Positions 11,619 through 23,855 of a DNA stretch of 55,537 bases are shown here, one piece after another (the stretch's first letter is position 1; each line of letters starts with the position of its first letter). The stretch spans positions 111,918,464 through 111,974,000 of the forward strand of contig CM097883.1 in the NCBI GenBank assembly GCA_044892505.1. The letters run 5' to 3'. The position numbers and the translations under genes are program-made. Below the pieces are notes generated by a model. The model saw nothing but the letters and a program-made list of their open reading frames with translations. It did not search any database and was not told the origin of the DNA. Source of the DNA: Schmidtea nova (taxonomy: Eukaryota).

Positions 11619-11712
11619 GTTTTTACTTTTTTCTTTGTTTTTTGCAGATGGGTCGCTTAAACGTTACTGTTTTAACAGTGGGTCTCCACTGGTAAAGGAT
11701 TGGCAACCACTG
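11378..11712. mobile_element. hAT (Charlie-type) MITE with internal (TA)n
   Basis: TIRs CAGTGGCTCCAA / TTGGCAACCACTG; 8-bp TSD ATCTCAAA / ATCTAAAA (7/8). Confidence 0.75.
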
Positions 11713-11802
11713 ATCTAAAATATTTAAATTAATCTAATATCTTTTTCAGAAGTGTCTGTTTTCGAATAATAGCGAAAAATGAAAATTAAATTAAAGATTT
11801 TT

Positions 11803-12909
11803 GGCGACGGTCAGGAATCCGGATTATTTTAATTAATTTAAAATAAATATTTAATTGATTTAAAATAAATATTTAATTAATAATAAAATAATAACCATTT
11901 AAATATTTTAATTCGAAACCAAATTCAAAAAAATATCGAAAATATTTCCATCCGCCAAATTTTCCCTTGAAAGCCACATTCTAAAGGCTATGTAATTCAT
12001 CTTGTTGCTAAATGACAGCCCTCGTTTTTTTCTCAAGTCCGTTTTTAAATTTCCCGAATGTCCTTCAATAAGATTTGTATTTACTCCGGTCACAGGATCT
12101 ACATAATATAAATTATGATTAATTGAAAGATGAATGTAATTTTGATCGGGCAAATGCGCCAGATTGAATCTCGGTCCCCAGTATCCAGACCATTGATCAC
12201 TGACTATAACAGTTCCAGGTTTAATAAAGCGCGTTATTAATCTCGTAAGGGTTCTTCTATTTCTTTTTTTTACAACAACTCCAAACCATTTATTTGTGCC
12301 CCTTTCCTTTCCCCCAAAAAGCCAAACCGCTGGTTGAATTCGACCTTTATTGTACTTTCGTTTTTTAGAAATTAATGTTTCATCAATCTCCACTGTACAG
12401 CCAATTCCTCCAATCATTTTTTCCTCATCCGTAAGTCTTTCTCCGGCCATTTTAATAACAGAGTGGAATCTTTTATTCCACTCTGCCATTGTATCTTTTG
12501 AGATGCCTAACATTATTTCGATTCGATTTGACGGAATATCTAAGAGCCACATATATACCAACAAAGAAAATGTTTTAAGTGGCAAATTCGAATTATATAG
12601 TATAGAACCAGTTCTTATTGAAATTGACCGGCATTGTTTGACGCACTTGTAAACATATTCGTCCTTTAAATCATTTCTTTTTACGAGATTTGTCGGACGG
12701 CCGCAAGTACAAACAATGTTTTGCTTTAAAACTTGTTTTCTGATTAAAAACAATATTGATTCTTTGCTATCGCTCATTACTTCTATAATTTCAAATATGT
12801 TCATGTTCATGTTCATAATTAGGCTAATTATTTTAGAATTTTATTATTTTAAATCAATTAAATATTTATTTTAAATTAATTAAAATAATCCAGATTCCTG
12901 ACCGTCGCC
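11803..12909 (-). mobile_element. Merlin (IS1016/IS1595-like) DNA transposon, complete, 1107 bp
   Basis: 66-bp TIRs starting GGCGACGGTCAGGAATC with 1 mismatch (11803-11868 and 12844-12909). Perfect 8-bp TSD AGATTTTT at 11795-11802 and 12910-12917. Confidence 0.95.
11908..12816 (-). CDS. Merlin/IS1595-family DDE transposase, 302 aa, uninterrupted
   Basis: N-terminal CTC..YKC zinc/HTH region, VEIDET..RKYNKGR, WLFGGKER, IVSDQWSGY, INH..YVDPVTGVNTNLIEG. Confidence 0.92.
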   Translation of the reverse strand: MNMNMNIFEIIEVMSDSKESILFLIRKQVLKQNIVCTCGRPTNLVKRNDLKDEYVYKCVKQCRSISIRTGSILYNSNLPLKTFSLLVYMWLLDIPSNRIEIMLGISKDTMAEWNKRFHSVIKMAGERLTDEEKMIGGIGCTVEIDETLISKKRKYNKGRIQPAVWLFGGKERGTNKWFGVVVKKRNRRTLTRLITRFIKPGTVIVSDQWSGYWGPRFNLAHLPDQNYIHLSINHNLYYVDPVTGVNTNLIEGHSGNLKTDLRKKRGLSFSNKMNYIAFRMWLSRENLADGNIFDIFLNLVSN

Positions 12910-14937
12910 AGATTTTTTTTATCTTATTGTTAAAAAGAAATACAAATAAAATTTCGCATATAAAATATTCATTTACAGTTTGAGAACTAAAAGATTCAAA
13001 ATAATTCAAATATTCAACATATTGTAATGTTTTACTGCTGTAATAAGGACATAAAGGATAAATCGTATGAAAAACAATTTTAGTTTTGTTTAAGTTAATG
13101 ATAATTGATAGCTTTCTTCAATAACCAACCAGGGAACTATATGCCAATTATTATTTAGTAGGAAAAGTTCAGTAATGGAAATCATTTTAAATCTATTTAA
13201 AATAACTTTAAAATAACTACTTAATAATTCCAACTCTTTCTTTAAATTTTATATTTATTTTTTTCGGTGCATGAATTAATATTTTTGTCATATCTTGTTA
13301 CACTTTAACAGTTTTTGAAATGATAAAAGCTTACGGTATTTTAATTTAACAAAAGTTAACTCGTTTGTTCGTTCATGTGTTTTTCCAAATTGAGACTTGC
13401 ACATGTCGTTGAGTTTTAACTATTATAATAGAAATATTATTACAATTTTTTATTCACTTCTATTGTGGTTTCTAACCTGCTGTATATTGCGTTTTTCTAA
13501 TTGGCACATTGTTATTGAAATTCCTTGATGTTGAATGAATAACTAAAAAAGATTCTATAAACCTTGATTTCTTATTGCAATATGAAAGGGGTGTTTTATT
13601 CGTCTTATATCTAGACATTCATAGATATGTTATTCTTCAATGTTAAATTCCAATTTTAACGGGATTTCCTTATTAAAAAATTAAATTTATGTGTATTATG
13701 TTTTTTATTTGTAAGATAATATTTTTATTTGTGTTGCATTTTTGGTTTTTATAGTATTTCGAACAATTTTATTTAGTGGTATGGCGCTATAAAAGTTAGG
13801 AAACTATTATACGATTTAAATATTTTTTCCTAATTAATTAATTAATTAATTTACAACATTTATGAATTTTTATTTAATATAATTGAAAATTAAATTTCAA
13901 CAAATATATTCGGGAAAAATCTTTAGAAAATTTATTTTAACTATTTGATATAAAAGTCATAATTGTATTTATTTTTTAAACTATTGTTTATTTTAAAAAA
14001 TTTTATTAAATTAAAAAAGTTTGACATTAAAATAAAAATTTACAATGATTTATATTATATATTTATTTCTGAGATATTAATAGAATTTTAAGAAAGTCTG
14101 AAACAGTAAAAAATAACACGTGTTGGAAGGGGGTAAATATCTCTGATAAAATCACTTGTGTCTCTACATGTCAATATATTCCATGTGTCTAAGTTGTTCA
14201 AATGTCGACTTTTTATAGTAACATTTGCAAGTTTAAAGGAAATCGTATTTTGATTCTTAGTGAAATTCGAATGTCATAATGTAAAAATCAAAATTTTATT
14301 TATATTTTTAATTTTTAAATTATTTAAAAAAATGATACTTTTCTAAATAATTAAATGATTTTTATAAAAAATTTTTATTTAAATATAAGTCAATAAATTA
14401 TTATTATGAAAATAGAAAAAATAAATTCTGATTTTAAAATAATAATTTTAAATTTATTCTGACGAATTTATTGCGAAAAACATGAGATTTTTATATTCCA
14501 TAATATGTTAAACACATTGTTTGAGTTTATGAAAATTATTATTTTGCAGTAATAAATGTTTTTTTTATAAATAGTCAACTTACTTTAACATGATTACAGT
14601 ATAATTTTTCGGTCCCAAACAAATTAACACTAGACGATATATTTATTATGTCATCATAAACAATTATAAACAATTGCAAATAAATAAAATAAACAATAAA
14701 TTTTAATCAAATTGGACTCAATACTGTTAAAATAACCAATCAGCTTTCTAAATTAAATTTTATAAACAATTATTCTTTTTTAGCAAAACATGTTTAATAC
14801 GTATTTCTACCGACAAGAATAAAGCAGTTGTAAAAAAAACTCTAACCAAATTCTAAAATATGTTGGTTATAAATTAAAATATCTACATTGTACACGCATT
14901 TAATTAAATATAAAATATTCAAAATACATATCTTTAT

Positions 14938-15499
14938 CAGCTGTTCTTAACCAGTGGTGCACGCACCCCTTGGGAGCGCGAGCTAGAATATGTGGGGGTT
15001 GCGAAGTTATAATTTTACAAATTCACCATTAAATTTAAGTGAAGCTAGTAAAAATAAAATCTAAACTTAAAAATTCGTTTTGGTTTGTAAATATTATTTT
15101 TACCGACTAAAACCATTTTAAATATGTGCGTGAAATTAAAATTATTCACCATGAAAAAAAATATGAATTTTTCCTATGAATTTTTATTTGTTTTTTTCAC
15201 TTTAGCATCTTGTTCCATTTGTTACAAAGTATTTGTGTGAAAGGAGGTGATATGCGTGGGGCTATTTTAACAAAGATTCCCCGACTTTCAAGCTTATTGA
15301 GAAAAAGGCAACAGCAGAAAAACCTTAAACCATAAATTTATATTTCAGATAAGAATTAAGATTTTCAATAAATAACTAAATAAATATAAAGTATGTTTGT
15401 TTTTAAATTTTTCTAATTTAATTATTTCGGGTAAGGGAAGCGAAAATATTCTTTGAAAATTTTTGGGACATTTATAGCTAAAAAGGTTAAGAATCGATG
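14938..15499 (+). mobile_element. hAT (Charlie/Buster-like) internal-deletion derivative
   Basis: TIRs CAGCTGTTCTTAACC / GGTTAAGAATCGATG; TSD-like ATCTTTAT/ATTTATAT (6/8). An internal fragment translates YLCE..DMRGAILTKIPRLSSLLRKRQQQK, like the Charlie transposase C-terminus. Confidence 0.7.
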
Positions 15500-15709
15500 A
15501 TTTATATCAATTAATTTACAATTTTATAAGGCTAGAATAATTTTTTAAAGTCCACAAATTTTATCTGGTATTTAAAAAGTGAAAATTTATGAAATAGAAA
15601 AAAAAGATCAAAAGTATCCAAATTATATTCATTAATATTTCATTAATTTTTAGTATTAATTTCGCGGTTGAAGATTTATCAGTGCTTTATATTGTGAAAA
15701 TTAATTTAA

Positions 15710-15748
<39 letters not shown>

Positions 15749-16830
15749 AAATATTTATTGAAAAATATAAATTATAAATTATTGAAACACCAAAAATGTG
15801 TCATCATTCTGAATGGTGAAAATAAGGAAATATCAAATTAAATTTCTCACGCTGATATTGAAACAGAATTAATTAATTTTGAAGTTCTGAATATATTTCC
15901 TATAACAGGATAAAAATAGCGTTACTGTAAGTGAATACAGAAATAAAAACTTTTTTTTGTTTATTAGAACTAAATTTAGATTCTAAATAATAAAATAATG
16001 AACGCAGAGTTTATTAAAATATAATAATATAGGTAAAAGTGTTTAGCTTTTCAGTGAAATGTTTATTTGATGAAAAATTTCGATCTCAAAAAAAGATTCC
16101 GATCACTTCAATACGAAATTCTTTTCCAATTGACTTAATATTTGTTGAATATTTTCTTTTCGCTGAATTCTGATTTATTATATATTATTTATGCAAATTA
16201 AGACTCATTCCCGGGCTAGAGGATAGAAAAAATTAAAAACCCGATGGAAGTGAGCTTTTGCTAATATAAAAGCCGGGCTAATCCGCAAGGATATGCAAGG
16301 CTATCCTCAAAGATATCTCTTTGGAGTAGGAATGTTTTTTAAAATAAATTTTGAGAGTTACCTACAAGGGTAACTCGACGATATTAAATCACAATTAAAT
16401 TAAAATTAAAATTTTCAACAAATAAGAACATTTTAAAAGTTTTTTAAATATTCCATATAAAATTAAAATATTTTTTTAATAAAATGCTCTTTTTATAAAA
16501 ATCTCGAAAATAAATCATATTTTTATATTTAAATTTTCTGTATCTATTTCGAAGACGACGCTTTAATCTGACTCAGATCGAAATTATAAAGTATATTGTT
16601 CATCAAATAAACATTGCATNNNNNNNNNNNNNNNNNNNNNNNNNNNNNNNNNNNNNNNNNNNNNNNNNNNNNNNNNNNNNNNNNNNNNNNNNNNNNNNNN
16701 NNNNNNNNNNNNNNNNNNNNNNNNNNNNNNNNNNNNNNNNNNNNNNNNNNNNNNNNNNNNNNNNNNNNNNNNNNNNNNNNNNNNNNNNNNNNNNNNNNNN
16801 NNNNNNNNNNNNNNNNNNNNNNNNNNNNNN

Positions 16831-16899
16831 GCGGATGTTAAAATATTAATTTAATTTTAACATTTAGGGATGCGGAAGCCTAAAGTTTGAGAAACGCTG
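16831..16899. mobile_element. hAT MITE end emerging from a gap
   Basis: Terminal TTTGAGAAACGCTG (reverse complement CAGCGTTTCTCAAA); the other end is not visible. Confidence 0.4.
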
Positions 16900-17480
16900 A
16901 TTTTGAGAGCATTTTAAAATAAATCTTTAGTTTTTAGATTAACTTTTATTTAGAATAAAATTTAAAATTTATTGTTAAAAATTGTTTTTCTTTTCCTTAT
17001 AAACATTTAGATTAATTTTATTACAGGCGTTTATTTGATATAAACGCAAAAACTTTCCATAGGTAATTAACTGTTTTGAAAATGTTGCTATTATTTATAT
17101 GGCCAATAAACATGTGCTTCTCTAAATTTTTATTAAATCGACATTTAAAATATAGATAAAAGCTTGCCAATCATAATTGATAATTTCTTATAAATTCTGA
17201 CTTTTTTGTCAACATTAATTAAGTTTATCGATTTTATGCCGTTTTTTGGATTATCCAAATGTTTTAAACCATTTGTNNNNNNNNNNNNNNNNNNNNNNNN
17301 NNNNNNNNNNNNNNNNNNNNNNNNNNNNNNNNNNNNNNNNNNNNNNNNNNNNNNNNNNNNNNNNNNNNNNNNNNNNNNNNNNNNNNNNNNNNNNNNNNNN
17401 NNNNNNNNNTTTGATCTTTTTTTATTATTAATATCAATAATTCTCATAATGACTATAGATCAAAAATTCTTTAAATAAGT

Positions 17481-17500
17481 ACACGATATTTCGGCACAGC
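17481..17500 (-). ncRNA. Minimal hammerhead-like motif, 3' half (5' half in gap)
   Basis: Minus strand GC-TGT-GCC-GAAA-TA-TC^GTGT; predicted AUC cleavage between 17485 and 17484. Confidence 0.6.
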
Positions 17501-17747
17501 NNNNNNNNNNNNNNNNNNNNNNNNNNNNNNNNNNNNNNNNNNNNNNNNNNNNNNNNNNNNNNNNNNNNNNNNNNNNNNNNNNNNNNNNNNNNNNNNNNNN
17601 NNNNNNNNNNNNNNNNNNNNNNNNNNNNNNNNNNNNNNNNNNNNNNNNNNNNNNNNNNAATTGTTATTTTTGTCGTTTAGCGGAGTATTTTTAAAACATA
17701 ATTATATTATAAAATGTTTATATGTATTATTATTATTTTTATTTCAG

Positions 17748-17975
17748 CTGAAAAATTCATTTAAAGATCAAGCGAAATCATTTACAAATAAATCATCAGA
17801 AAATATGTCTCTCAACGAGAAAACAGTAAATGAATTATTTTCCAGTAATGAAACGAATGGTCTTATTTCAAAAAAATGTAAAGTCTGTTTCGATAAAGCT
17901 GTCAATCAGAACTTCGGAGTTTTGTCTTGCGAATCATGTAAAGCTTTCTTCCGAAGGAATGCCATTCGATCATCA
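17748..17975 (+). CDS. Nuclear receptor exon with first C4 zinc finger (HR96/NR1J-like)
   Basis: TTTCAG acceptor; CKVCFDKAVNQNFGVLSCESCKAFFRRNA (CX2CX13CX2C, P-box CESCKA as in HR96/NHR-8/DAF-12); GTAAAA donor. Confidence 0.93.
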
Positions 17976-18024
17976 GTAAAATTTCAATAAATTATAATTA
18001 AATTTTCATTATTTTCATTAACAG

Positions 18025-18154
18025 CCTCTCAAATGTTCCAACGGTACCGACCTTTGTTCTGTGACATCATCGACTAGAAAGCAATGCCCGTCTTGCCGAC
18101 TAAAAAAATGTCTACAAGTTGGAATGAGAAGTGAATTAATACAAATTAGAAAAA
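18025..18154 (+). CDS. Nuclear receptor exon with second C4 zinc finger
   Basis: Follows a 49-nt GT..AG intron (17976-18024); PLKCSNGTDLCSVTSSTRKQCPSCRLKKCLQVGMRSELIQ. Donor is either GTAATT at 18155 or GTGAAT at 18131, both phase 1. Confidence 0.9.
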
Positions 18155-18585
18155 GTAATTTTTATTAAATTGAAAAAGTTTTATTTTAAATTGGTAAAAA
18201 TATCTTGTTGAATTTTACCAAGTAATGTAAACAATAAACTGGAAAATTGTCCAATTGATAAACATTTGTCGATATATCATCATAATGTATGTTGGAAATT
18301 TCGAAAATATTATTTATTTGATAAACCAAAATAAATATTAACATTTTTTGTAAATTATTTTTTTTATCAGTAGTGTAAATTTTGGACCTTAGGATATCAG
18401 TTTAAATAGACATTAAAATATTCGCGTGAAGTAAAAGAAGCATATTATTTTTTATCAAAGATTTTTATGGTAAAGATTTTATTTATTTGTTATAAGTATT
18501 AATTTTCTTTTTGTTCATTTTTAAAAAATCATAGAAAAATAACTTCAAATTCTACACATTATTAACATTGTTTTGTTATTAACAG

Positions 18586-18632
18586 TTCATAGATGCTGTG
18601 TCGAAAATTTGTCTATCATCTGAATTTATTGA
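18586..18632 (+). repeat. Degenerate copy of the hammerhead-bearing repeat
   Basis: TTCATAGATGCTGTGTCGAAAATTTGTC..ATTTATTGATA aligns with the family consensus. A similar degenerate copy lies at about 19755-19785. Confidence 0.5.
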
Positions 18633-19090
18633 TATGTAGTCTGATGAAAATGAGGAAAAAATTAATTTAAAATATTTGAGCAATGGGGAAAACTATAAGG
18701 TATTTCTCTGGTAAATAGCAATAATGTTTAATGATAATNNNNNNNNNNNNNNNNNNNNNNNNNNNNNNNNNNNNNNNNNNNNNNNNNNNNNNNNNNNNNN
18801 NNNNNNNNNNNNNNNNNNNNNNNNNNNNNNNNNNNNNNNNNNNNNNNNNNNNNNNNNNNNNNNNNNNNNNNNNNNNNNNNNNNNNNNNNNNNNNNNNNNN
18901 NNNNNNNNNNNNNNNNNNNNNNNNNNNNNNNNNNNNNNNNNNNNNNNNNNNNNNNNNNNNNNNNNNNNNNNNNNNNNNNNNNNNNNNNNNNNNNNNNNNN
19001 NNNNNNNNNNNNNNNNNNNNNNNNNNNNNNNNNNNNNNNNNNNNNNNNNNNNNNNNNNNNNNNNNNNNNNNNNNNNNNNNNNNNNNNNNN

Positions 19091-19272
19091 TGACTATAGA
19101 TCAAAATAATTTTGATCTATAGTCATTATGAGAATTATTGATAATAATAATAAAAAAAGATCAAAGGTGAAAAAAGATAATTATGATAATTATAATTATG
19201 ATTATAATTATAATTATAATTATAATAATTATAATAATAATAAATAATAATAATAATAATAATAATAATAAT
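19091..19272 (+). repeat. Hammerhead-repeat leader with 5' inverted duplication, followed by an (AAT)n-rich tract
   Basis: TGACTATAGATCAAAA-TAA-TTTTGATCTATAGTCA (16-bp arms), then TTATGAGAATTATTGATA..AGATCAAAGGTG and AAT/TAT repeats. Confidence 0.8.
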
Positions 19273-20773
19273 CAATCTGTATGTTTCTAATTTCTTTAAA
19301 ATTTTTAAATATATTTTAAGAATGGCAAAACTTGCTTAATGTGAAAGCTACATGTTGACATTTTATTTTTTCGCAAACTGATAAGTATTTTATTTTTATT
19401 TATCTATTTTTCGTTACAAAACGTTTACTTGTATTAAAGTCAACTTTATTCTTCATATGTTCGGATACCTAGCTTTAATACAACATAAATAATTATTTGT
19501 CTAGTCTGTATTCAAATATGTAGAATATACATGAAAACAAATACAGAATTAACACGTGTGGAGGCTGATTAATAATTTTCTTTTAAAAATGTCATCATTT
19601 TTAAATCATCTAATTTTTTTCAAATTTATTTGTAAATATATTTTTTAAGGTAATCCTAAAAAAAGTAGTGTTCAATAAAATTTAAAAAATAATTAAATGA
19701 AATAGGTCTTATTTTAACGTACTTATTAATATGAGAAAATATTAGCAATTAAAAAATCAGTGTCGAAAATTTGTGTTAAATAGAAAATAACACATTGATT
19801 ATAAGTTTTAAAGAATGAAAATAAACGAAATCGCAAATAATATAGTACGATTGACATTCAAAAATCCTGAAATCCATAATCCGGTTCCTTCAAATTTTCG
19901 GCACGGATTTCGTGCATTAATGCAGCGCACTCCATAATTAAAATATAATTAATATACATTTATCAGGAATAATTGTAAGTAAAAATATAAAATAAAATTT
20001 CTAATTTATTATTTTTAAATTAATACTATTGAAATAATTAACCTTACATTTTGAAATGGCCCAATTTTCTTTCTTTAAAGGACTGTAAATATAGTCTTTT
20101 TCTTGTAAATATATACAGCATATATAACTATTAAAAATCCAGTATCCTTATGTCCAGAAGTAGCCGGATTTTTGAATGTAAACTGTTAGTCGAATTGTAT
20201 ATAATTATTACAAAATTTTATGAAGCTATATTTTCATTTTTAAAACAGTAGAACAAACTTTTTCATTGAAACAAGAATTTTCGGCATTGACTTTTTCAAG
20301 TCATGTAATTTATTAAAAAATCCGTTTAATAATTAATTAAATTGTCATTATTGAACATAATAATTATAGTTCACTGTATTTTTGAAACAATAAATCAGTC
20401 AATTCTTTATTCATATCGTATTTTGCTGTAAAGAGGTATTTGCTCCTCACAATAACTAATAGATTTCATTATTACAGAAATGACTTTTGAGGCTAATTTG
20501 ACCAATTGTGTTTAGTAAATTCAGTAAATTAAAACAGATAAATTGCTTTTCTCTATTTTCCATTTTAACTGAAAGTTTGAATTAATCAAAGCTTATTATG
20601 TAGATAATCCTAAAATAAATCTGGGAAAAAGAAAAGCTAATGCAACACCACGTAAGTGGATAACTTTGATATTTATTGCATTGCATGCCAACATTTATTC
20701 CAATTTTATTTTGGTATATGTAAGGTTTATCAATTTAATCACGTTTCGGTTTGACTGTCTATTATTTTCTCAG

Positions 20774-21142
20774 AAGACGCACACAGCGCAAAATGGACCA
20801 ATCAAAACACGAACTGCTCAAATTCAAGTGGTAGACTTTCACAAGACAACATTGATGATAATTTAAAATCTAACGAGATTGGATTAGTCTCAAATATTTT
20901 ACCGGAAAATTCCCCATTAATCCCGGCCGGTTTATGGGTTAATACCACGAATTATCAATATCAAATCAACAACAATCACAACCTCTGGTTGCCGATGAAT
21001 ATAGACCAGCAGTGTACTGACTCACTGAATTGCAATTTGCTACCAACGAATTGCTTAGCCCCTCTCAATAGCCAGTCATTTGTGCACAGTTTTGATCCAG
21101 TCAAATACGATGTTCAAATACCAATGATTAAAATCAAAACAC
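20774..21142 (+). CDS. Candidate hinge exon of the nuclear receptor
   Basis: TTTTCTCAG acceptor; 369 nt open in the phase-1 frame (DAHSAKWTNQ..PMIKIKT); GTAATA donor; phase fits both neighbouring exons. Confidence 0.65.
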
Positions 21143-21327
21143 GTAATATTATTTTTCTAGATTTGTTCATTTTCTTATAAATTAACATTTGTTTATAGAA
21201 GTTAAAAGAATATAAATAAATGGAGAATTGTTTACAAAAAAAAAGTCACTGTATTTATTTATTACCAAAAAAACTTGAATTTTATTGGTTTTAACTAAAA
21301 AAACTGGAACCTTAACGCAGCGTGATA

Positions 21328-21850
21328 TTAGGTAAATAGGGAATTTTCACCATCGCAACAATTGCACACCGTTTCTGTTTAAATCACAAATCCCATCAAA
21401 TGCTCATTTGTGCTACGATTTCTTTCCTCAATTTATCGGGAAATTTGCTCTTGGGCACATAATACTACAAATTCTTATATATATAAAACTTTTACTCCAG
21501 ACAGAAACACATCAAAACTGTCGGCTGCATTCGCTTTTTGCTTTAGGCATTATGTAATCCTGTTTTTCATCTTTTTCGGTGTGCTTCCTATGCTTCACTT
21601 ACAGACCGTCGTAGGTGTGTGTATGTATATTTGTTTGTGCATGTAAGTTGTTCATGTTTATATGTATTAATTTTAATTTTGTGAAAATTCCAGCTCCAAC
21701 TGCTATTTTTCTTTTCGAAAAAATAAGTAACTAACTCTAAAAAAATTATTAATTGTAAAAAAAATATTAGAAATTTTTTTCGCAAAAAATATCTCAGTTT
21801 ATAAATTTAAATTGAAAAAAACGCAACTGAAAAATCTGATTGTAACCTAA
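21328..21850. mobile_element. Possible mariner-type MITE
   Basis: TA|TTAGGT... and ...ACCTAA|TA ends with only about 60% similarity beyond the first 6 bp. Confidence 0.35.
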
Positions 21851-23239
21851 TATTATCTTTAATTTGATAAAATATCTCTTAGGTTTTTAATGTTTTCAGT
21901 GTACTTTAAGAGACAGTTTTATCTATGCTTTTACTTTTCCTGCCGAATTTGTGAAAGGAAACTGCAGATTTTTAAATTTGATTGATATTTAACTTCTGAC
22001 TTTCGGTAGGACCTGACAAAATCAGAATTTGCAATCCATATTTTTTTTGTTTACATTAAAAAATTTTCACCTGAAACAGAATTAAATTATTAAAAATTAA
22101 ATAATTTGTTTTATAAATGTACATGTAAATAGTGCGATTAAACAAAAAGAAAATTAAATATCGAAATCGATAAAAATATGACATGATAAATTTCTGAGAA
22201 AAATTTAAAATTATTTTTGTTTTTGATGGTTGCGAAAATATAAAAATTATTTTTAAAAATTTTAAATATATATTTGATATATTCTAAAAATTATTTATAA
22301 ATTGCACAAGAATTTTTAAAAAATTTTTAACTGTAATTTTTTTGGTAGTCTTTTTAAAAAAATGTTTGTAAAAATTAATTATTTTAAGGAAAAATTGAAA
22401 ACTACTTGATTAACTTCGAATAATTTTATTTAAAAGTTTTTCCATTGAAATTAAATATGATCAAAGATGTTTCTTTTAATATTCAGAGATTTTGACTGTT
22501 AGTAATGTGTTTTGCAAACTTTTTATTGATATCCAGACAAGTTTTGGTGTAATATATCATATATAGAATTTTTAATATTAAATGGAAGAATGAAATAAAA
22601 GAATATATATATGGGGAACAATAATTCTGAACATAATTAAAACATAAGGAAGAAAAACTAATCTTTAGAACCCATGATAAAATAATATTTCCTTTTTCAT
22701 TCAGTCAGCCGGACAGTTAATCTCGCGACAAGCTTCAACCATCCACCGTTGGATGTGTTTGAAACTTGTGTCTCCGTACATAAATTCGGAGATATGTAAC
22801 TTCTTACTCTTTATTTATTTGTTTCAGAATCATAGATATGTATATATCTTTTTGCTGATTTTTTTACTAAGAGACTTCTATTACAACTACATATTAGAAA
22901 CTCGTAATTTGTTGTTATTTTGCTAGTAAAATGCCAGTTAAGAAATTGGAAAAGGGAATCTGTAGGTTACCCTGTTCCTGTCCCACCTATTGTGTAATTC
23001 TGGGATATTAGTGTATTGCGAAAAATATTTGTGTGTTAAAAATCTTTCTTTATAAAAATAATATTCTTTTTAATAATTTTACAAAAGTATTAAAAATTTC
23101 AAAAATAAAAATTAGGTAATTTTCAAATATTTATATCTATTTTAGCAAGTATAATCTACCTAACATATTGTTTAGACAAAAAAAATTCTTTCGTCTTATA
23201 TTCACAATTGAATTTTCATTTGTTTTATTATATTCAATA

Positions 23240-23450
23240 CACCTATACCTCGTTATACGGTCTAGGTAAGTTTTTAGAAAATTGACCATAAAGCGAAATA
23301 CCGAATAACTAAGCAATCCAAAAAATAGTTCAATTTTTCTCTAACAAAAATAATTGCTAAAGTTTTGTTAGGATTGATTAGTTAAACGGCTTTTCGATAT
23401 AACGCTAGTTTTATTAGAACGTACATAGATCTTATAACGAGGTACAGATG
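23240..23450. mobile_element. Tigger/pogo-type MITE (211 bp)
   Basis: 18-bp TIRs CACCTATACCTCGTTATA / CATCTGTACCTCGTTATA (16/18) with TA TSDs. Confidence 0.75.
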
Positions 23451-23855
23451 TATTTATATAATTCTGTCTATTGCATATATGTCTTTTAGAAATGTATTGA
23501 TATATTGTCATTTAAAAACAGACTTTAACAATATTCTTTAAAAATGCATAAAATAAATTAAAAATTATTTATTTATAATTTTATATTATTTAATTTAAAA
23601 ATTTTAATTTTATGATTATTAAAATTAGTATGCTTATCTATAAATTATTAATTCTAAAATATTGTTCCATGGGGGGAAATGTGTAGGTTTAAACCTAGGA
23701 TTTATGCAAGGCTCTTTATCCCATTAACTGGCAAATTTTTATTTTCATTTTACCGCATATGTTATAAATTTATATGTTAAATACATTTACAAGTTTCGCA
23801 GCATTGAAACCAAAATTTATTTTGAAAACTAGAAGGTTTATGTGTAACGAATATA

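Noticed and set aside
13500-13650. Further PLE-like fragments (also about 28800-29000)
   Set aside because: Too short and decayed to support a call by eye.
18586-18708. Apparent extra receptor exon (AG..GT bounded)
   Set aside because: It has stops in the phase required by the upstream exon, and its 5' part is a decayed hammerhead-repeat copy.
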